Notes under the pieces: model-generated
Told to the model about the DNA's origin: nothing
The model's input: only the letters and a program-made list of their open reading frames with translations
Databases searched by the model: none
Made by a program: the position numbers and the translations under genes
Shown: positions 17,834-25,176 of the stretch, one piece after another
Numbering within the stretch: position 1 is the first letter of the stretch
How the letters are laid out: every line of letters begins with the position of its first letter
NCBI GenBank assembly: GCA_964455295.1
Contig: CAYVXG010000003.1
Coordinates: 8,612 to 44,909, forward strand
DNA: 36,298 nucleotides
Reading direction: 5' to 3'
Source of the DNA: an uncultured Candidatus Peribacteria bacterium
Lineage (GTDB): Bacteria > Patescibacteriota > Gracilibacteria > Absconditabacterales > Absconditicoccaceae

Positions 17834-18850
17834 ATGAATAATCTGAATTTATTTATCTCTCGCCCAGAAATTTTGGAGCAAGATTCTGCAAAATCTACAG
17901 TAGAAAGTCCTGAAACTACTGAAGTTTCTCAGAAAACTGATAGCAAAGAACTTAATATTCAGATGAATAAAAAAATACAATCTTTACTCACTACACTTAC
18001 AAAAGACCCCATTTCTGATAAAAATTTAGATTTTGATAAGGAAGAAGATAGAAAACTTATTAGTCAAGCTTTAGATAAGCTCAGTCCTGAAGATAAAAAA
18101 AAGGAAAACTATAAAACCCTTACCTCCTATATTACAGAATTTAATACCAACCAAGAAAGCGCAAACAAAGCCTTGGATTCTTTTCAAATTAAACATAATA
18201 AATCATTAGATAATCTGAAACAACAGATTATTGATACTCCTAAGACAGAAGAAGATAAAAATAAAGTTTCAGGTGCTCCAAAAGTGGAAAATCAATCGGA
18301 AACTACAGAACAACACTCAGAAGCTCTTCCTTTTGAGACCCTAAAAAATACAGTATCAGAAGCAACAAAGGAACAAGTAGTTACTAAACTTAATAAATTG
18401 CTTGCTGAAGAGCTTAAAGATAATCCGAGAGCTCGAATTCCAGGAAAAAGTGTAGCTCGAGGAACTGAAAACGAAGGATCATTATGGATCCAAAAAGCAA
18501 TTAATATGGTTAATGGAGAAGATGTCCTTAGTGTTGATGGTAAGTTTGGTAACAAATCATATAAAGCAGTAAAAGACTTCCAAGCTACTCATAATCTTAC
18601 CAAAAAAGATGGGCTTGCGGGCAAAGAGACGATCACAGAACTTATTAAGCATATAAATACTATGCATCCTGATCCAAAGACAGCTCCGATAGATCAAGCA
18701 ATTGTGCCATCAGCATTAAATAAAGAAGTTGAAACGCCTTCAAATATCACTAATCCAGTAGAAAGTACGAGAGTGGAAGTAAAATTAGCTGGAAAAGAAC
18801 CTTCCCTCAAAGAAATAAAAGATGGAGCTACAGCTCTTACAGCTTACTAA
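17834..18850 (+). CDS. low-complexity Lys/Glu-rich protein with C-terminal peptidoglycan-binding (PG_binding_1-like) domain
   Basis: ATG 17834 (MNNLNLFISRPE...) is in frame with the track ORF. The C-terminal block GSLWIQKAINMVNGEDVLSVDGKFGNKSYKAVKDFQATHNLTKKDGLAGKETITELI fits the PG-binding repeat pattern (DGxFG..T..AV..FQ). Confidence 0.65.
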   Translation: MNNLNLFISRPEILEQDSAKSTVESPETTEVSQKTDSKELNIQMNKKIQSLLTTLTKDPISDKNLDFDKEEDRKLISQALDKLSPEDKKKENYKTLTSYITEFNTNQESANKALDSFQIKHNKSLDNLKQQIIDTPKTEEDKNKVSGAPKVENQSETTEQHSEALPFETLKNTVSEATKEQVVTKLNKLLAEELKDNPRARIPGKSVARGTENEGSLWIQKAINMVNGEDVLSVDGKFGNKSYKAVKDFQATHNLTKKDGLAGKETITELIKHINTMHPDPKTAPIDQAIVPSALNKEVETPSNITNPVESTRVEVKLAGKEPSLKEIKDGATALTAY

Positions 18851-18912
18851 CGAAGACCTACAAATAATTAAAATAGATTTTATTATAAAACTTATTTATA
18901 ACTCTCAAACAC

Positions 18913-19542
18913 ATGGCACTCCCACAAAACTTTAATTACTCTTATCGTGGATTTTGGAAACAACTTACTAATGTACTGTTAGTGGCTTTTGTTCTTATGA
19001 TAGCGTATTGGTGTTATTTACGATATCAAGGATATGATTTTGCTTCTTCATCCTATCTTCCTAAATCCTTGCCTAATACTTTCCGCTCTTATCAAGCTCT
19101 CAAAGACGAGGAAGCAAGTAAGCAGGAAATTTCAAATAAACTGAGAGAGAGTGATGACTTGGTGAGATATGAGATAGCGAGATATATCAACAATAAAGAA
19201 AAGATCACGAATTGGTCAGATAATATTAATAATCTGGTAAGAATGTATACAGAATTGCAAAGTGTGGCTCGTACTACCAATAACGGTATCATCTTGAGTG
19301 ATTTTACTATCGAGAAAGAAAGTATTCAGGTTCGTGGACAAATTCAAGAACTCAAATTTATGTATATTAAGAATGGAATTATTGATAGATTTAGTGCTTT
19401 GGAATTTGTAGATAATATTAGTATTCCTTACTATCAAAAAAATGGTGCTTACTTTGATTTTGTTCTCAAAGCCGATGTAATCAATACCAAAGACTTAGAA
19501 ACCACTAATCAAACTGGTAGTATACTTGGTACAGGAAATTAA
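18913..19542 (+). CDS. bitopic membrane protein, PilN/PilO-like architecture (tentative)
   Basis: 209 aa. It has a short N-terminal cytoplasmic segment, one TM helix (LTNVLLVAFVLMIAYWCY), a coiled-coil stretch, then a small alpha/beta domain (IILSDFTIEKESIQVRGQI...FDFVLKADV) as in PilN/PilO or VirB8-type proteins. Confidence 0.4.
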   Translation: MALPQNFNYSYRGFWKQLTNVLLVAFVLMIAYWCYLRYQGYDFASSSYLPKSLPNTFRSYQALKDEEASKQEISNKLRESDDLVRYEIARYINNKEKITNWSDNINNLVRMYTELQSVARTTNNGIILSDFTIEKESIQVRGQIQELKFMYIKNGIIDRFSALEFVDNISIPYYQKNGAYFDFVLKADVINTKDLETTNQTGSILGTGN

Positions 19543-19608
19543 TTCGTTTGTAATTTTAAATCTCTTGTTTATTTTGTAAGTGTGTGATTAAAAGAATGTT
19601 GTCAGATT

Positions 19609-19640
19609 TCTGTCCTGTGTTTTCATAGGGCAGATTTTTT
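19609..19640 (+). terminator. rho-independent terminator (hairpin A of the YCTGT series)
   Basis: tctgtcct (19609-19616) pairs with agggcaga (19627-19634) with one G-U, followed by T6 at 19635-19640. Confidence 0.75.
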
Positions 19641-19761
19641 CTTTTATACTTAAACTACTGTAATTGTAAGCTTTTTCATATCTAGTTTTATACTTATAAG
19701 TATTTCCTAAAAAAGTATAATTTTCTATTGCATTTTTAAATAATTTCATTATATTCTAATT

Positions 19762-19877
19762 ACTTCTTCTGATGTCAAATCTCTGAAGAAGCCCATGTTT
19801 AACTATAAAATTTTAAAGACTTTAACACACTTACAAGTCTTTTAGCCTATTTCTGTCTTTACAGGAATAGGTTTTTT
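19762..19877 (+). ncRNA. candidate small RNA 1 (own promoter and own terminator)
   Basis: Promoter ctaTTGCAT (19728-19733), a 16-nt spacer, then TATATT (19750-19755). Internal hairpins: cttcttc/gaagaag and aaagactt/aagtcttt. Terminator cctatttctg (19846-19855) pairs with caggaatagg (19862-19871), followed by T6 at 19872-19877. The start coordinate is inferred from the -10 box. Confidence 0.45.
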
Positions 19878-19939
19878 CATGTTTTTTAAAAAAGTATAAA
19901 TTCTATTGCATTATAATTTATTTTATTTATAGTAATGAT

Positions 19940-20032
19940 GTTCACTATCTTTAGATAGTGATAAAGAAATAATGATTTTGCACACACTTTCACGTATTTT
20001 TACCTGTCTAGTTCTCTAGGCAGGTATTTTTT
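19940..20032 (+). ncRNA. candidate small RNA 2 (own promoter and own terminator)
   Basis: Promoter ctaTTGCAT (19906-19911), a 16-nt spacer, then TATAGT (19928-19933). 5' hairpin tcactatc/gatagtga. Terminator tacctgtctag (20001-20011) pairs with ctaggcaggta (20016-20026), followed by T6. The IS element is inserted in its T-tract. Confidence 0.45.
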
Positions 20033-20034
20033 AA
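20027..20034. repeat. left copy of the 8-bp target-site duplication (TTTTTTAA)
   Basis: ttttttaa lies immediately outside the left inverted repeat and is identical to 20785-20792. Confidence 0.8.
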
Positions 20035-20784
20035 GGGTCTAGACTAGTTGAGTATAAATTTTAAGTATTTTCAATAACTTCTTATACATATTTTCTCTTT
20101 GTAATCAACAATTAAATCTAAACTCTGATTCTTTGAGGTGTAGATTATATTTTTCTTTCTTTATGCCATTGAACTTATTGAGCCTCCTCTTGGTATAACT
20201 CCAATAACTCTCTATTCAGTTGATATGCTTTCAATTTCATCTACTAAACTCATTTGCACTATGGTTTACTCTATAGTGCTTTTCATATCATAAATCTACT
20301 AATCAATCATAACTCTTCCATCAATCTGTATTTATTATACTATCGTCATTCACTTTTCATCTTATTATTGGTAGCAATGTCTTTGATGATACATCATCTA
20401 TTATCTCTGTATATACTTTCCCATTTCTCTTTAATAATCCAAATACTTTTGTCTTCCCATATGCTCATCTTCATCTCTTTCATCTTACCCTTCTTGCTCA
20501 AAAATAACTCTCATCTATCTCTATCGTTCACTGCAATACCTCATTCTTCTCATATTCACTGTACTCATATATCACTTCTCTCATGTAATTGTACCAACTA
20601 TTCACTGTATTTCTGTCTATGCTAAGCAATCTACTTGTTTTTGATGCTGGTATATCTTCACAAAAATAACGTATTATTTTACGGCTTTCTATCGTTCATA
20701 AATGTGAACTTTTTCTATATGCGTTTTTGTAAGTCATAACCTAGTATATTCAAACAGTAAATGCTTGTCAACTAGTCTAGAGCC
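20035..20784 (-). mobile_element. IS1595-family insertion sequence, apparently intact (750 bp)
   Basis: Terminal inverted repeats GGGTCTAGACTAGTTGA (20035-20051) and the reverse complement of 20768-20784, GGCTCTAGACTAGTTGA (16 of 17 identical). The 8-bp direct repeats TTTTTTAA flank the element. It carries a single transposase ORF. Confidence 0.85.
20039..20737 (-). CDS. IS1595-family (ISXO2-like) DDE transposase
   Basis: ATG 20735-20737 to TAG 20039-20041, 232 aa. There are 14 in-frame TGA against about 4 GGN Gly codons. The translation shows EIDESYF[G]ARRVR[G]KR[G]R[G]AYGKTKVFGLLKRNGKVYT, INTD[G]WKSYD[G]L, HYRVNHS, HIN[G]IESYWSYTKRRL and LKESEFRFN. The track ORF 20254-20625 (+) is its antisense artefact. 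Confidence 0.88.
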
Positions 20785-20792
20785 TTTTTTAA
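20785..20792. repeat. right copy of the 8-bp target-site duplication (TTTTTTAA)
   Basis: ttttttaa lies immediately outside the right inverted repeat. Confidence 0.8.
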
Positions 20793-20859
20793 ATAGTGAT
20801 AGTGGATTTGTTTTTTTACTTGCTATTGCATTATTTAAATATTTATTTATAATACATCA

Positions 20860-20954
20860 CTCATTGTAGTAGTCTCACTACCTATAATGAATAAGTCCAT
20901 ACACAATCTTTTTTAAAATTTCTGCCTGTTTACGTTTTTGTAAGCAGGTTTTTT
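20860..20954 (+). ncRNA. candidate small RNA 3 (own promoter and own terminator)
   Basis: Promoter ctaTTGCAT (20826-20831), a 16-nt spacer, then TATAAT (20848-20853). Terminator cctgtttac (20925-20933) pairs with gtaagcagg (20940-20948) with one G-U, followed by T6 at 20949-20954. Confidence 0.45.
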
Positions 20955-21043
20955 CTTTTTTCTTATTGGACTTGATATTTAATAGTTTGAGATACGAGAA
21001 CTTAGCATTACCATTACATTGTAGGAAGATTTTCATTTTTTGA

Positions 21044-21076
21044 GTCTGTTATAGAGTTTCTATGATAGGCTTTTTT
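21044..21076 (+). terminator. orphan hairpin-terminator E (YCTGT series)
   Basis: gtctgttatag (21044-21054) pairs with ctatgataggc (21060-21070) with three G-U pairs, followed by T6 at 21071-21076. No upstream CDS. Confidence 0.55.
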
Positions 21077-21179
21077 AATGAAGAGATTATTTTTCTATTT
21101 GACATTTTTTTAATTTGTTTATTTTTTCTTTGTACTCCCTAAGTAATTAGGAATGTATAGGGATTGCATATTTTGTTAT

Positions 21180-21216
21180 TCTGTGCCTCTAGAAAGCTAG
21201 GGGTGCAGATTTTTTT
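21180..21216 (+). terminator. orphan hairpin-terminator F (YCTGT series)
   Basis: tctgtgcctctag (21180-21192) pairs with ctaggggtgcaga (21197-21209). The loop is aaag and T7 follows. It is paralogous to hairpin G. Confidence 0.6.
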
Positions 21217-21290
21217 ATTTGATATTTTGGTACATATGTGTATTTTAAGTTATTCATTTTTTTGTTGGGAATGAATATGTTTATAGGGAT

Positions 21291-21327
21291 TCTGTGTCTT
21301 TGGAAAGCCAGAGGTACAGATTTTTTT
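21291..21327 (+). terminator. orphan hairpin-terminator G (YCTGT series)
   Basis: tctgtgtctttgg (21291-21303) pairs with ccagaggtacaga (21308-21320). The loop is aaag and T7 follows. One compensatory A-U to G-C change is seen relative to F. Confidence 0.6.
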
Positions 21328-21426
21328 AAACCTAAGACTTGTAATATAATGAAATATTTTTATATGTAATAGTAATGTGCAATTTTCAATTGCAGTATAA
21401 GATACAGAAAGTAGTTAGTTAGTTTG

Positions 21427-21460
21427 GACCTGTTATGTATTTGCATAATAGGTCTTTTTT
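21427..21460 (+). terminator. hairpin-terminator H (YCTGT series); may also serve the convergent mscS gene
   Basis: gacctgttatg (21427-21437) pairs with cataataggtc (21444-21454) with one G-U, followed by T6 at 21455-21460. Confidence 0.6.
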
Positions 21461-21465
21461 ATGGT

Positions 21466-22446
21466 TTAATTACTTTTTGAAGCAAGTATTAGTTTTTCTT
21501 TTGCGGAAAGTTTTTCTTTGATAGCAGCTACATTACTAAGGATATCGGTATCATTACGATCCATAGTAGCCACAATATGTTTATAAGGCATTTTGATGCC
21601 TGCTTTACGTAATCAGTCTATAATAGCTCCAGTTACATCACCAATAATATAATCTTTAGGTAATCCACAATTTGGGTCTACCCAGAAGAAGACTTTAATT
21701 TCTACTCAGGCATCACCATACTGCATAATAAAGGTTCTTGTAGATTCTTTTTTACGTACGATTTCTAGAGCATTAGCGCTTTCCCTCATTATTTCCATAG
21801 CTTTATCAAGATCTTCATCATAACTTACAGGGATAAGAGTATTAAACTTGATAACTTCTTCACTTGAATAGGTTTTTATGGGATTGGTAATAAGTTCCAT
21901 ATTTGGGATAACTACCTGTCTAAGATCCAAAGTTCTGATGGTAGTATATCTAATGGTAATTTCTTCAATTTTACCAAAATAAGGTGGTTTTCCATCGATT
22001 TCTACAATATCTCCAAGTTTGAGCTCTTTTACATTGAGAATCATAACGCCAGCTATCATATTTCCAAGGATTTCTTTGAAGGCAAATCATACACCAAAAG
22101 AAATACCTCCCAATATTACTCCTACATCAAATCAGACTATTTCAAATGATATGAATATGGTAATAATAAGTAGAATATAAAATACAATATCGTAGACGAG
22201 TTGTCCTACGCTTTCTTCTTTCTTACTATCTTTGAGATTTGCATGTTCATAAAACTTTCTACTGGCTATACTTGCTATCCATCTTGTTACTATAAATAAT
22301 ACAAAAAATATAACTACTGCCAGTCCTACTTTCCAAACATAAGAAACATACTCAGAATTGAGGGCTTGAGAAAGATAACTAGGTTGTTCAATACTAGTGC
22401 TTTTTTGATTATTGGTAGATGTAGTTGGAGGGTTTTTTGCTGTCAT
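21466..22446 (-). CDS. mscS: small-conductance mechanosensitive channel (MscS family)
   Basis: Fragments 22132-22485 and 21706-22059 plus the downstream tail are one frame (4 TGA), ending at TAA 21466-21468. The sequence ISFEIV[G]FDVGVILGGISFGV[G]FAFKEILGNMIAGVMILNVKELKLGDIVEIDGK...VVIPNMELITNPIKTY is the MscS TM3/beta-domain core. The start is set at ATG 22444-22446 (MTAKNPP...) because the promoter covers the track's upstream Met. Confidence 0.85.
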
Positions 22447-22452
22447 ACTCTG

Positions 22453-22481
22453 ATGATACCCTAAACACCTCATTTTGTCAA
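22453..22481 (-). promoter_or_regulatory. promoter of mscS; geometry implies a leaderless mRNA
   Basis: On the minus strand: TTGACA (22476-22481), a 17-nt spacer, then TATCAT (22453-22458). Only 6 nt separate the -10 box from ATG 22446. Confidence 0.6.
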
Positions 22482-22492
22482 ACAATTTACAT

Positions 22493-22520
22493 TTGCAATT
22501 TTGCTAAGTCTGGTTATAAT
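22493..22520 (+). promoter_or_regulatory. promoter of the type IV pilin gene
   Basis: TTGCAA (22493-22498), a 16-nt spacer, then TATAAT (22515-22520). The leader to ATG 22583 is about 60 nt. Confidence 0.65.
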
Positions 22521-22582
22521 ATAGGTGTATGTAATTTGTTATCAAAGAAGATATTTATTTTAATTTATTATAAGAGATTTTT

Positions 22583-23092
22583 ATGAAAAACTTATCAAAA
22601 CATTTCGCTAAGCTTAGTAAACAAGCTAGAAAAGCTTTTACCCTTATCGAAATTCTTATTGTTATTGCGATTATTGGTATCCTCACGATTGCTTTATTGC
22701 CAAGAATTCAAGGAGCTCAAGCAAGTGCAAGAAATACAGCTCGTAAAGCTGATCTCAATCAAATTGCAACTGCCTTAGCTGCTTACAATGGTGATAATGG
22801 TTCTTATCCAGAAAAGATTGAAGATTTGGCTGGTGATAATGGTTACCTCAAATCATTACCAAAAGATACTGGTAAGAAAGTAGTGTGTCCTGGCGTTTCA
22901 AGTGGAGATCCTACTAATTATTATTATGCTAGAAAAGGTGATGGTTATATTTTAGCTGCTTACATGGAAAAACAACCTGGAAATGCAAATGTAAATTATG
23001 TCGGTGAGTGTGGAGATAGTATGACTCCTAGTGATACTAAAGTTCCAACACGGACAGATAAGGCTAAATATGTAATTGAAGTACAAAATTAA
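22583..23092 (+). CDS. type IV pilin / pseudopilin (prepilin-type N-terminal cleavage/methylation domain)
   Basis: 169 aa with no TGA. N-terminus ...KQARKAFTLIEILIVIAIIGILTIALLP is the class III signal (Ala at -1, Glu at +5). AYNGDNGSYP is typical of PulG/PilE-like globular heads. Confidence 0.85.
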   Translation: MKNLSKHFAKLSKQARKAFTLIEILIVIAIIGILTIALLPRIQGAQASARNTARKADLNQIATALAAYNGDNGSYPEKIEDLAGDNGYLKSLPKDTGKKVVCPGVSSGDPTNYYYARKGDGYILAAYMEKQPGNANVNYVGECGDSMTPSDTKVPTRTDKAKYVIEVQN

Positions 23093-23108
23093 ACCTTATA
23101 AAAATTCT

Positions 23109-23136
23109 CTTGCAAAATATTTTTTTTTGATTAATA
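23109..23136 (+). promoter_or_regulatory. candidate dnaK promoter abutting the CIRCE-like repeat
   Basis: TTGCAA (23109-23114), a 16-nt spacer, then TAATAT (23131-23136). Confidence 0.35.
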
Positions 23137-23161
23137 TAGCACCTGATAATCTTAGGTGCTA
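23135..23161 (+). promoter_or_regulatory. CIRCE-like 9-N9-9 inverted repeat upstream of dnaK (putative HrcA operator)
   Basis: ATAGCACCT-gataatctt-AGGTGCTAT compared with the CIRCE consensus TTAGCACTC-N9-GAGTGCTAA. The AGCAC/GTGCT core and the 9-nt spacer are shared. It lies 70 nt upstream of ATG 23232. Confidence 0.45.
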
Positions 23162-23167
23162 TTTTTT
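23135..23167 (+). terminator. rho-independent terminator of the pilin gene (same hairpin as the CIRCE-like repeat)
   Basis: A perfect 9-bp stem (23135-23143 with 23153-23161) is followed by a T-run extending to 23167. Confidence 0.7.
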
Positions 23168-23231
23168 TATTGAATATTAATTGTAAGCAGAATCAGATTA
23201 TAAAATTATTTATTATATAAATTACTTATCA

Positions 23232-25151
23232 ATGTCATACATTATTGGAATCGATTTGGGTACAACAAACAGTTGTGCTGCGTATATGCTTAGTGATAGA
23301 GCAGAAGTAATACCGAATAGTGATGGAATGAGAACCACTCCGTCTGTAGTATATATCAAAGGAGATGAAATGTTAGTGGGTACCGCTGCAAAAAGAAAGG
23401 CAGTATTGGAGCCAAAGAACGTGATTTTTGAAGTAAAAAGATTTATTGGTAGAAAATATAGTGAACTTACGGAAGATGATAAGAAAGTTCCTTACACTAT
23501 CAAAGCAGGTGCTGATGGAGGAGTACTCATTGTTATTGATGACAAAGAATACAAACCAGAGCAAATTTCTGCATTCATTTTGAAAAAAATTAAAGAAGAT
23601 TGTGAAAAATTCTTGGGACAACCAGTTACTCAAGCGGTAGTTACTGTTCCGGCTTATTTCAATGATAGTCAAAGAAACGCTACGATGATATCTGGGGAAA
23701 TTGCTGGATTGAAGGTGGAAAGAGTAATCAATGAACCTACAGCAGCAGCATTCTCATATGGAGTTGATAAATCTATGAGTCATAAAGTGTGTGTGTTTGA
23801 CCTTGGAGGAGGAACATTTGATGCTACTATCATGGATATTGATACTGGAGAAGATGGTAAAACATTTGAAGTAAAAGCTACTTCTGGTGATACCCATCTT
23901 GGTGGAGCCGATTTTGATCAAAGAATAATCAGATGGCTCGCAGATCAATTTAAAGCTAAGGAAGGAGTAGATCTTACAGGAAACCCTATGGCTATGCAAA
24001 GACTTAAAGATGAAGCTGAAAATGCTAAAAAACAATTGAGTAGTGCCGATAGTGTAGAAATTAATATTCCATTTATTACTACAGTAGAAGGAACTCCCAA
24101 ACATATTCAAGAAACTCTTACAAGAGCAGCTTTTGAAAGATTAATTTCTGATTTACTTGAAAGATGCGTGAAACCCGTGAAATCATGTATCACTGATAGT
24201 GGATTGAAATCTTCAGAGATTGATGATATTATTTTAGTGGGGGGGTCTACAAGAGTGCCAGCAGTAATGAAATTGGTAGAAGATAACTTTGGTAAGATGC
24301 CAAAAGCAACAGTAAATCCTGATGAAGCAGTAGCTCTTGGAGCCGCAATTCAAGGTGGAATTCTTTCTGGTAATTCTAGCGTATCCGATATCTTATTGAT
24401 GGATGTGACTCCATTGAGTCTTGGTGTAGAAGTAGAAGGAGGGTTAACTCATGTTATGATCTCTAGAAATACAACTATTCCAGTAAAAAAATCTAATATT
24501 TATACTACAGCTGTAGATAATCAACCAGCTGTAACTATTCATGTTACACAAGGAGAAAGACCAATGGCTGGAGATAATAAATCTCTTGGTATGTTTAATC
24601 TTGAAGGTATACCACCATTGAGAAGAGGACAAGCCCAGATTGAAGTAACGTTTGATATTGATGCATCAGGTATCTTACATGTAACTGCACTTGAAAAAAC
24701 TACAGGTAAAGAACAAAAAATTACTGTACAAGGCGCTACAGGATTGTCAGATGATGATATCAAAAGAGCTCAAGAAGATGCCGAAAGATTTGCAGAAGAC
24801 GATAAGAGAAGATTAGAATTTGCAGAATCAAAGAATAAATTTGATCAAGTACTCTACCAACTCGAGTCTATGCTTGAGGAAAATAAAGATAAAATTCCTG
24901 AAGAAGAAAAAGCTAAAATCACTGAAATGATAGCTTCAGGAAATGAGCTCAAGAAAAATGAAGCTACTACAAAAGAAGAATTTGATGCTAAGCATGAAGA
25001 ATATCAAAAAGAAATCATGGATATGTATCAAAAATTCTCTGCAACTAACACTGCTCCTGGAACTGGAGCAAATCCTGACGACATCCTTGAACCAACTGAA
25101 GGGGAAACTAAGGAAGATAAGCCAGAAGATGGAAAAGTTATTGATGCATAA
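23232..25151 (+). CDS. dnaK: molecular chaperone DnaK (Hsp70)
   Basis: Intact 639-aa ORF with no TGA. Motifs IGIDLGTTNS, DLGGGTFD and VGGSTRVP, and an acidic C-terminal tail. Confidence 0.97.
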   Translation: MSYIIGIDLGTTNSCAAYMLSDRAEVIPNSDGMRTTPSVVYIKGDEMLVGTAAKRKAVLEPKNVIFEVKRFIGRKYSELTEDDKKVPYTIKAGADGGVLIVIDDKEYKPEQISAFILKKIKEDCEKFLGQPVTQAVVTVPAYFNDSQRNATMISGEIAGLKVERVINEPTAAAFSYGVDKSMSHKVCVFDLGGGTFDATIMDIDTGEDGKTFEVKATSGDTHLGGADFDQRIIRWLADQFKAKEGVDLTGNPMAMQRLKDEAENAKKQLSSADSVEINIPFITTVEGTPKHIQETLTRAAFERLISDLLERCVKPVKSCITDSGLKSSEIDDIILVGGSTRVPAVMKLVEDNFGKMPKATVNPDEAVALGAAIQGGILSGNSSVSDILLMDVTPLSLGVEVEGGLTHVMISRNTTIPVKKSNIYTTAVDNQPAVTIHVTQGERPMAGDNKSLGMFNLEGIPPLRRGQAQIEVTFDIDASGILHVTALEKTTGKEQKITVQGATGLSDDDIKRAQEDAERFAEDDKRRLEFAESKNKFDQVLYQLESMLEENKDKIPEEEKAKITEMIASGNELKKNEATTKEEFDAKHEEYQKEIMDMYQKFSATNTAPGTGANPDDILEPTEGETKEDKPEDGKVIDA

Positions 25152-25176
25152 TAAGCTGAAATCTTTCAAAGAAAAA

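Noticed and set aside
20254-20625. A 123-aa + strand ORF (Leu/Ser/His/Ile low complexity) in the middle of the non-coding tract.
   Set aside because: It is the antisense shadow of the IS1595 transposase gene (20039-20737, minus strand). It has no start context and a nonsensical composition.
19790-20915. Micro-ORFs inside candidate sRNAs 1-3 (MFNYKILKTLTHLQVF, MILHTLSRIFTCLVL, MNKSIHNLF) share a loose H-x-L...F pattern and could be a small-peptide family.
   Set aside because: They have no consistent Shine-Dalgarno sequence and their lengths differ. In the paralogous pair F/G the conserved nucleotides fall in different reading frames relative to the nearest ATG. Conservation is therefore better explained at the RNA or DNA level. 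This is kept only as a remote alternative.
19543-21465. The repeat-rich tract could be a CRISPR array.
   Set aside because: There is no constant-length direct repeat alternating with unique spacers. The repeated units are hairpin plus T-run terminators at irregular spacing (about 95-240 nt), and some have promoters.
19543-21465. A tRNA, tmRNA or other housekeeping RNA could be hidden in the long intergenic tract.
   Set aside because: I found no GGTTCGAAT-type T-loop, no acceptor/CCA-like ends and no cloverleaf-compatible spacing. This cannot be fully excluded without tRNAscan/Infernal.
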